This document shows positions 51,743 to 64,000 of a DNA stretch of 64,000 nt, one piece after another. The stretch lies in NCBI RefSeq assembly GCF_009914755.1, contig NC_060938.1. The stretch is one strand, 5' to 3'. The stretch is from the human T2T-CHM13v2.0 reference genome, Homo sapiens. Both the position numbers and the translations under genes were made by a program. The notes under the pieces were generated by a model that was given only the letters and a program-made list of their open reading frames with translations, was not told the origin of the DNA and ran no database searches. The number at the start of each line of letters is the position of its first letter. Position 1 is the stretch's first letter.

Positions 51743-52098
51743 TGATCTCAAACTCCTGACCTCAGGTGATCCACCCGCCTCAGCCTCCCAAAGTGCTGGG
51801 ATTACAGGCCTGAGCCACTGTGCCTGGCCCTATCCAGCTGTATTATGTCAGAAGAAAATGAATTCCTTTGGAATTTGGAAACGTTGTATAAGGAAACCCC
51901 ATTGCATTAGTACTCCTTTCAAGATTTGTCCAATTTTTGTCTCAACCAGAGTATTCTCTGATTTAAAGTTTGTTTTTTGGGCTGGGCACGGTGGCTCATG
52001 CCTATAATCCCAGCACTTTGGGAGGCCGAGGCGGGCGGATCACGAGGTCAGGAGATCGAGACCATCCTGGCTAATAAGGTGAAACCCTGTCTCTACTA

Positions 52099-52355
<257 letters not shown>

Positions 52356-52387
52356 TCACCTGAGGTCAGGAGTTCGAGACCAGCCTA

Positions 52388-52570
<183 letters not shown>

Positions 52571-52890
52571 CTATCTCAAAAAAAAAAGTTTATTCTTTGG
52601 AGTCCACCTGCTCTAAATGTTTTTTGGACTCAGAGTGAAGCCCTCACCTCAAAGCCAATGACAGCCATTAATTCTTTGTCAGTGTCAGAATGCTTGCCTA
52701 AATTCCAGGTTAGTTGGTCGTATGTAATTTTCCTGAGCTGCCTATAGTGGGAGCCCTTTTCTGCTTTTTTTTTTTTTTTTTTTTTTTGAGACAGGATCTT
52801 GCTCTGTCACTGAGGCTGAGGTGCAGTGGAGCTATCTTAGTTCAATTACAGGCGTGAACCACTGCGCCCAGCCTCTACTTCTTTTTATAA

Positions 52891-53124
<234 letters not shown>

Positions 53125-54004
53125 TGACCTCTGGGGCTAGATTGAGTTATTAATGAAGCCCCGTGGGATCCTTTGCAAAAGAAGAGTTGTTATAAATGGG
53201 AGGTGTGTCCTATATGGGTCTCAGGGGAGCTGAAAACAAACCAAGGATAAAAAAATGATGCCACAGCTGCTACCACCTGTGAGTAATGTGAGGGTGAAAT
53301 GTTGACAACACACAGATTCCCCAGAGGAAGCTTGGGGTTGACAGAGTCACAATACTGCCATGCTTTTTTTCATGGTCTTAGCATTGATTTTCAAATTACA
53401 CATTCACTTAAAGCCTAACCTGACCACTCGGGTGTGGGACTGGGTGGCTATGCAAGGCCCACAGCAGCTTTATTTTCTCCACTACCAAGCATCAGTGTGG
53501 GAACAAATCAGGCATTCTAGGTCCTTTTCAGCTACCAAGTGGCCAATGAACTTCATTCAGAGATGAGGCAAGCCAGCAGGATTTTCCTTTCCATGCATTT
53601 GACAATGTATAGAATGAAGTTTTGTTTTGTTTTCAAGAGAAAGAGCACAATATTACTCGGCACCTTTCTGTACTAGCTTCCACTTCCAAAGGGAGAGACC
53701 AAGTACTCCCTTAGTTGGTTCTTTCATATGGCTAGTTATGCCACTGGTACCTTCAGAAACATTAGCGCCCACCTCTATGGCTTCCTGAATGTTGCTAAGG
53801 TCTTTAACTGGCATGATCAATTTCTCGGGGGTCTTACATTTTGTTATATAACTAACTTTTCCTCAATTATATACATTACACATATTGCTGGTAGAAAAAT
53901 CTGGAAAAGTATAAAAGAATGAAAAGCAACTGCATTCTTCTTATCAAAGAAAACCACTATTATTATCTTGATATATATATCCTTCCATGTTGTATATACA
54001 TATA

Positions 54005-55256
<1,252 letters not shown>

Positions 55257-56181
55257 CACTGTAACATACTTTTTCACTTACCAATATATGATTTTTCTTT
55301 TTCTTTTTCTTTTTTTTTGAGACAGAATCTTGCCCTGTTGCCCAGGCTGGAGTGCAGTGGCACAATCTTGGCTCACTGCATCCTCCACCCTGCAAGGTTC
55401 AAGTGATTCTGTGTCTCAGCCTCCCAAGTAGCCGGGATTACAGGTGTCTGCCACTACACCCAGCTAATTTTTGTATTTTTAGTAGAGACAGGGTTTCACC
55501 ATGTTGGCCAGGCTGGTCCTGAACTCCTGACCTTAAGTGATTCACCCACCTCAGCCTCCCAATGTGCTGGTATTACAGGTGTGGGCCACCGTGCCCAGCC
55601 CCACTATATGAATTTTAATGGCTATATATTAGTCCAAGATATGAATGTGCTATGATTTATTTAACCATTTTCCTAATCTTGACATTCCATTTGTTTTCAA
55701 CTTTTTACCCTTTTACTGTCATCCTTGAATATAGATCTTGTTCATATCTGTTATTTATTTGGATATATTCCTACAAGATAAATTTGGTTCCAGTCATTTT
55801 TTTTTTCTTTTTTTTTTTTTCTTTTTTTTTTTCTGGAGACAGGGTCTCACTCTGTAACCCGGGCTGGAACGCAGTGGCATGATCACAGCTTACTGCAACC
55901 TCTGCCTCCCAGGCTCAAGTGATCCTCCCACCTCAGCCTCCTGAGTAGCTGGGATTACAGGTGCGCATTACCATGTCTGGCTGATTTTGGTATCTTTAGT
56001 AGAGACAGGGTTTTGCCACGTTGGCCAGGCTGGTCTCAACTCCTGGGCTCAAGCAGTCCTTCTGCCTCGGCCTCCCAAAGTGCTGGGGTTACAGGAGTAA
56101 GCCATTGCACCCAGCCCAGTCTTTAAATACAGAGTGTTATATAGTTATGTTTTGCATAATCTATATGTAGTCCATATTTTT

Positions 56182-57100
<919 letters not shown>

Positions 57101-57940
57101 TCTATTATATATTTATATACACATGTAGGATTATGTGCACCAAAACATATATAATGTATTTTATGGGAGATTTAAGAGGTTTTCAAGGGTAATTGGCTGT
57201 ATTATACTTGATTTTTGCCTTACATTCTATTTTTAGAAACCAATCCTTATCAGCTGCAATTCCACTATTAAACATCTTTTTGAATGCTTATTGGCCATTT
57301 GAATTTCTTCCTCTGTGAATTGTCTATTCACGTTCTTTTTCTTGGCTGAGCCATTTTTGAATTTAGAAAAGAGTAAGCATATTCACATATACACAAAGGA
57401 AATCAAATTTTATTTCCCTGTTGGTACATACAGCTTGGGGTTTTCTATATGATTAGCAATTTGCTTTGTCTAAGTAATCCCTAAAATTGTTCACTCCCTC
57501 AGGAACACCAGCATTCTCCAATATCTAATTTTCTTATGTCTAGCCTCTATTTTTAAGTCATGTCATCTCTTAAGCCTTCTTTTTTTCGGGGCAAAACTTT
57601 CACTCACTGAATTTAGTTGATTTTCTTTTCTAATGTCTTTATACATTTTCCCTACATTGCCACCTTTCAAAATCAGACTTTCAGAATCTTCACATTTGAT
57701 TAGTATAATAGTCTTCCTATGAATCCAGTAACTTCTACCCTTAAATCCATCCTGCAGATGCCAGATTAACCTTTGTAAAGCATTGATTTATTGTACCACT
57801 TTCTTGCTCAAAATATTCCAAGATTCTCTTTAGTTTCCCTTATTATATATGGGAACCTTTGGGGCCAGACTTGGAGATCTGGATGTTTTGAGCTTTGCCC
57901 ACTTGATTTTCTCATGCAATCCACTCCCAAGAGAAAGATA

Positions 57941-58315
57941 CTGTCTTAGTCCATTTTCTGTTGCTATAACTGAATACCTAAGACTGAGAAATTTATAAAG
58001 AAAATAAATGTATTTAGCTCAAGGTTCTGGAGGTTGGCAAGTCCAAGAACATGGTGTCAGCATCTGGTGAGGCTTTCTTGCTGCATTATAACATGGTGGA
58101 GGGCAACACATGGTGAGAGGGCAAGAGTGTGCCAGCTCCAATTTCTCTTCCTCTTCGTATAAAGCCACCAGTTCCATCATGGTGGCCCCACCCTGGTGAC
58201 CTTATTTAATCCTAATTATTTCCCAAAGGCCCTACCTCCAAATACCATCAACATATGAATTTGAGGATTAAGTTTCCAACACATAAAATTTGGAGGACAC
58301 ATTCAAACTATAGCA
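57941..58315 (-). mobile_element. MaLR LTR (MST-like)
   Basis: TGTCTTAGTCCATTTTCTGTTGCTATAAC...ACACATTCAAACTATAGCA. Confidence 0.75.
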
Positions 58316-58978
58316 GATGCTGAAATAGGACAGAGGTCCATTTCTGTGTGGTTAGTCCAAATGTGCTGAGCCAGGAAGAAGATAAATTGTGAACTAGGGG
58401 GTTGAAGTGGTAGTAGACATTAAAGCTTGGCTAAGGTGGTTCTAAAGTAATTGTTATTTACTGGTAAAATCAAGCTTGAAGAAGGAAAAGAGTGTGATCC
58501 ATAACAATAGAATTGTATGTAATGGATGCCAGGCCCTGATTACAGTATGCTTTTATGTTTGGCCTTTGCTTCTAGAGGCTTCACTCCTGTTCTGAACTCT
58601 TAGTCTGCATTGTGAATTGGAGGTGGACTCCGGGTTTCTCCAAGTTCTTTCAAGGGAATTAGTGTTAGGAAGGCAATTAGGAATATGTGTAAGGCAGGCT
58701 GCAGATCTCTCAGGTATTACCCTCAGAGATTGACCCATTCTTGTGTATATTTTGCTTGGGTACACATGTATAGGACCCTGCAATGGGTGGACTGCTGTGG
58801 AGTATGTAGGGTTACTGGAAGACCTAGTAGACCAAGTATGCTCTCATAGCACCCAATCCAGTCTGGAGTCTAGACTTTAATGGCTAGGACATAAAAAATA
58901 ATGTTGCTTCTACAGGAGACCTTAATGACCCACAGAACCATATCAGTAAAGTCACTGGAGAAGGAATATGATGAAAGC

Positions 58979-59512
58979 TGTAGGGGAGTAAAACTTTTCC
59001 TTAACCCTCCTAGGGTTCTTGGCTGGGCCTGAAAACTATGTTGACAGGACAGATTAACATGAGAAGAGCAAACACATTTATTTAATATAAGTTTTACATG
59101 ACATAGGAGCCTTCATAAGGAAAGGAAGACCCAAAGAATGGTTAGCTTGAGGTTAAGCCAGTTCAGGTTAAGCCTGAGCACTTTTATATTTGATTTAATG
59201 AAGAGTGGAGTGTTGTGGGAAAATGTGATAGGACAAAGGATATGAACTAAGGATAGTAAACTGGAGGAAACATAGCAAGGCCCATTCCCTCAAATTCCTC
59301 TCAGCATCCTTCCGTCTTCTGACATAAGGATGCTCCCTTCCTCCAGTTATAGGGAGGGCACCTCTTCTGTGAGGGTCTTATGACGTGCTCTGGCGAGAAA
59401 GGGGAGGTTAGAGAGTCCTTCCTGCAATGGCTGCTTCTCAAATTCCTTCAGCTTAAAATATTCAATATGCCAAGGTGCCATATTTTGGGGTAGCATGTTT
59501 TGAACCCCATCA
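58979..59512 (-). mobile_element. ERV1-class LTR (MER31/MER34-like)
   Basis: CAGCTTAAAATATTCAATATGCCAAGGTGCCATATTTTGGGGTAGCATG...CCCCATCA. Confidence 0.55.
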
Positions 59513-60863
59513 AACCCAACAGGACCAGGCAGGACCATATTCTTGTGAAATCTGCAACTGGGGTGATACAGGTTTAGTTCTAGAATCCATTTCTGGATGA
59601 GGATCCATTTGCCTGTCTTTCTTATCCCTGCCTTATTTAGAAAAAGATTTGAGACTGCATCAGACATGGGTTGTTGGAAGAACAGGGCCAACTTTGACTG
59701 TTTTTGACTGAACTTGAAAGGAGATCCCAGTTGGTAGAGATGTCTCAGATGTTATGGGTGCCAGGCCTCTCCCAAGCAGTGTTGAAGTCAGCCATCACTG
59801 TAGGAGCTCTTTCACCCAGAAGAGCTGTGGTTTGGGGTTAAACAAAGAGATGCATTTACAAAAGAAGTATGTTTAAGCTACGAGAGTATTTGTCTAGAGC
59901 AGATTACCAGATTTTGTCCCTGGAAATTATAATCATAGATCTAGGTTTGGGTTCAGGAATCTGGGGTGTTTCTTCAGAGAGGCTTGGGAAATACTGGCCT
60001 AGGATTTGTTTGTGAAAAAATAGTCCTGGCTGAGGTTGGAAGTATTGATCTTTTCCATGAAAAGGCATTGTGAGTTGAAGGAAATTAACATTATAGCATG
60101 AATGAAAAGTCTCTTTAATTTGCTGAAAAGCTTGACTTTATCCATCCAAGGAACCGAATGGATAATAGACCTTGAATAGATTCATCAGCAGGGTGGTGAC
60201 ATGGATGAAATGTGGGATGAATCCAAGGACCTTCTATATATCCTTAATGATTTGGGAAGGGGGATGCTACTTTAGGACTGTGGCAATCTTTGTTGGCATC
60301 AATCATCTGAACTTGGGTTAGCAGACAATATGTCCTAAGAACCTGTCTCAACCAGCTCCTATAACCATTTCTTCTAGTGTGTATTCACAGAGGGAGCACC
60401 CTAGATGATGTCATCTGAGGGTTTGTTATAATGTTAGATCTGGGGAGTAAATGTGTCATCTTGAGGGACAGTACAGGCATGTGTTCATACAAAAACATAT
60501 CCTGGTTAAGAATCCTTGCTTTCGAGAAATCTGTGGCCTCAACTTGAGATTTATGGTAACCTGGCTACAGACTCAGCCTTGCCTAACTGCCCATAATTCT
60601 CTTGCTTTATCTCTCCTATTTCTCTAATGCTTTAGCAGACTGGCATCTGGATTGAATAGACTCCCTGACCCTGTCCTTCATCCACTATGACTTGTATGGG
60701 GCATTTTGATATTCCTTTAGTTTGGGTTGGCCTAGCAATTCTGGTAGTACTTGCTCTCAGAAGCAGTCTTGACTGGATCAGTTTATTGTCCTAGGCTTTT
60801 CCCCCTTCTTCTATTCCAGTCTCAAGAAGCCAGGTCCTAGAAGGTTAAATTGGCATTCAAGAT

Positions 60864-61732
<869 letters not shown>

Positions 61733-61762
61733 AAAATCTTCAACAGATCCTAATTTACCTAA

Positions 61763-62281
<519 letters not shown>

Positions 62282-62410
62282 TAGGTAATTTGAAAAACAT
62301 GGAGCAAACAATCTATAGAAAAGATAACCCAGGTTAGAAAAAGGTTGTTTCTTCCAACCTTTTTTTCCTATGTGTACAAATGTAAATGTGGGATTAGTAG
62401 TTATTGATAA

Positions 62411-63234
<824 letters not shown>

Positions 63235-63443
63235 TCAAATGCTAGCTCTCAAGAGAATAATAAAATTTATCTTGTAATAATAGTACAGGTAAGAAGGGGA
63301 GTAATGCATAAATATATTTAAATTTTTGATTATAAAATAATTGTATACTTTTTATGGACACTGGTCAATGTTAGGGGAGGGGAAATGGAAGAAAAAAATC
63401 TGTACAATGATCAACATTTTGAAATTTAGGAAAGTTTATATTA

Positions 63444-63883
<440 letters not shown>

Positions 63884-64000
63884 TTAAAAATGTAACTTTT
63901 CTTTTTTTTTTCTTTTTCTTTCTTTTTTTTTAGATGGAGTCTCAGTCTGTTGCCCAGGCTGGAGTGCAGGGGTGCAATCTCAGCTCACTGCAACCTCTGC

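Noticed and set aside
59520-60860. Possible ERV internal sequence between two LTRs
   Set aside because: The flanking LTRs belong to different families and no gag/pol/env-like translation is visible.

Overview
Human (primate) genomic DNA, very Alu-dense, centred on the complete six-exon NFKBIA (IkB-alpha) gene on the minus strand. The CDS runs 18355->15707 (317 aa, all introns GT-AG), with a CpG-island promoter carrying kB sites. From recall this is the chr14q13 locus. The window also holds two full-length processed pseudogenes: RPLP0 (minus, 1747-2845, inserted into a MER21-type LTR) and DNAJC8 (plus, ~43500-45090). Other repeats are a HERV-H LTR7Y-type solo LTR inserted inside an Alu, an MLT2A (HERV-L) LTR, other LTR/MaLR, MER5A, MER82, L1/L2/MIR fragments and roughly 50 Alus. 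Most ORFs in the track are Alu or GC-island artefacts. I see no new protein-coding system. The most unusual signals are: (1) the DNAJC8 retrocopy carries an extra 110-nt block at the exon1/exon2 junction with an immediate stop followed by a strong-Kozak in-frame restart, so it looks like a fossil of an alternative or poison-exon isoform; (2) an AluY whose target-site duplication brackets about 100 nt of extra sequence ending at a T6 run, a candidate Pol III 3' transduction; (3) two early-embryo-type LTRs pointing at NFKBIA from both sides; (4) several candidate distal enhancer and CTCF motif clusters. Repeat subfamily names and parent-gene comparisons come from memory of consensus sequences, not from a search.
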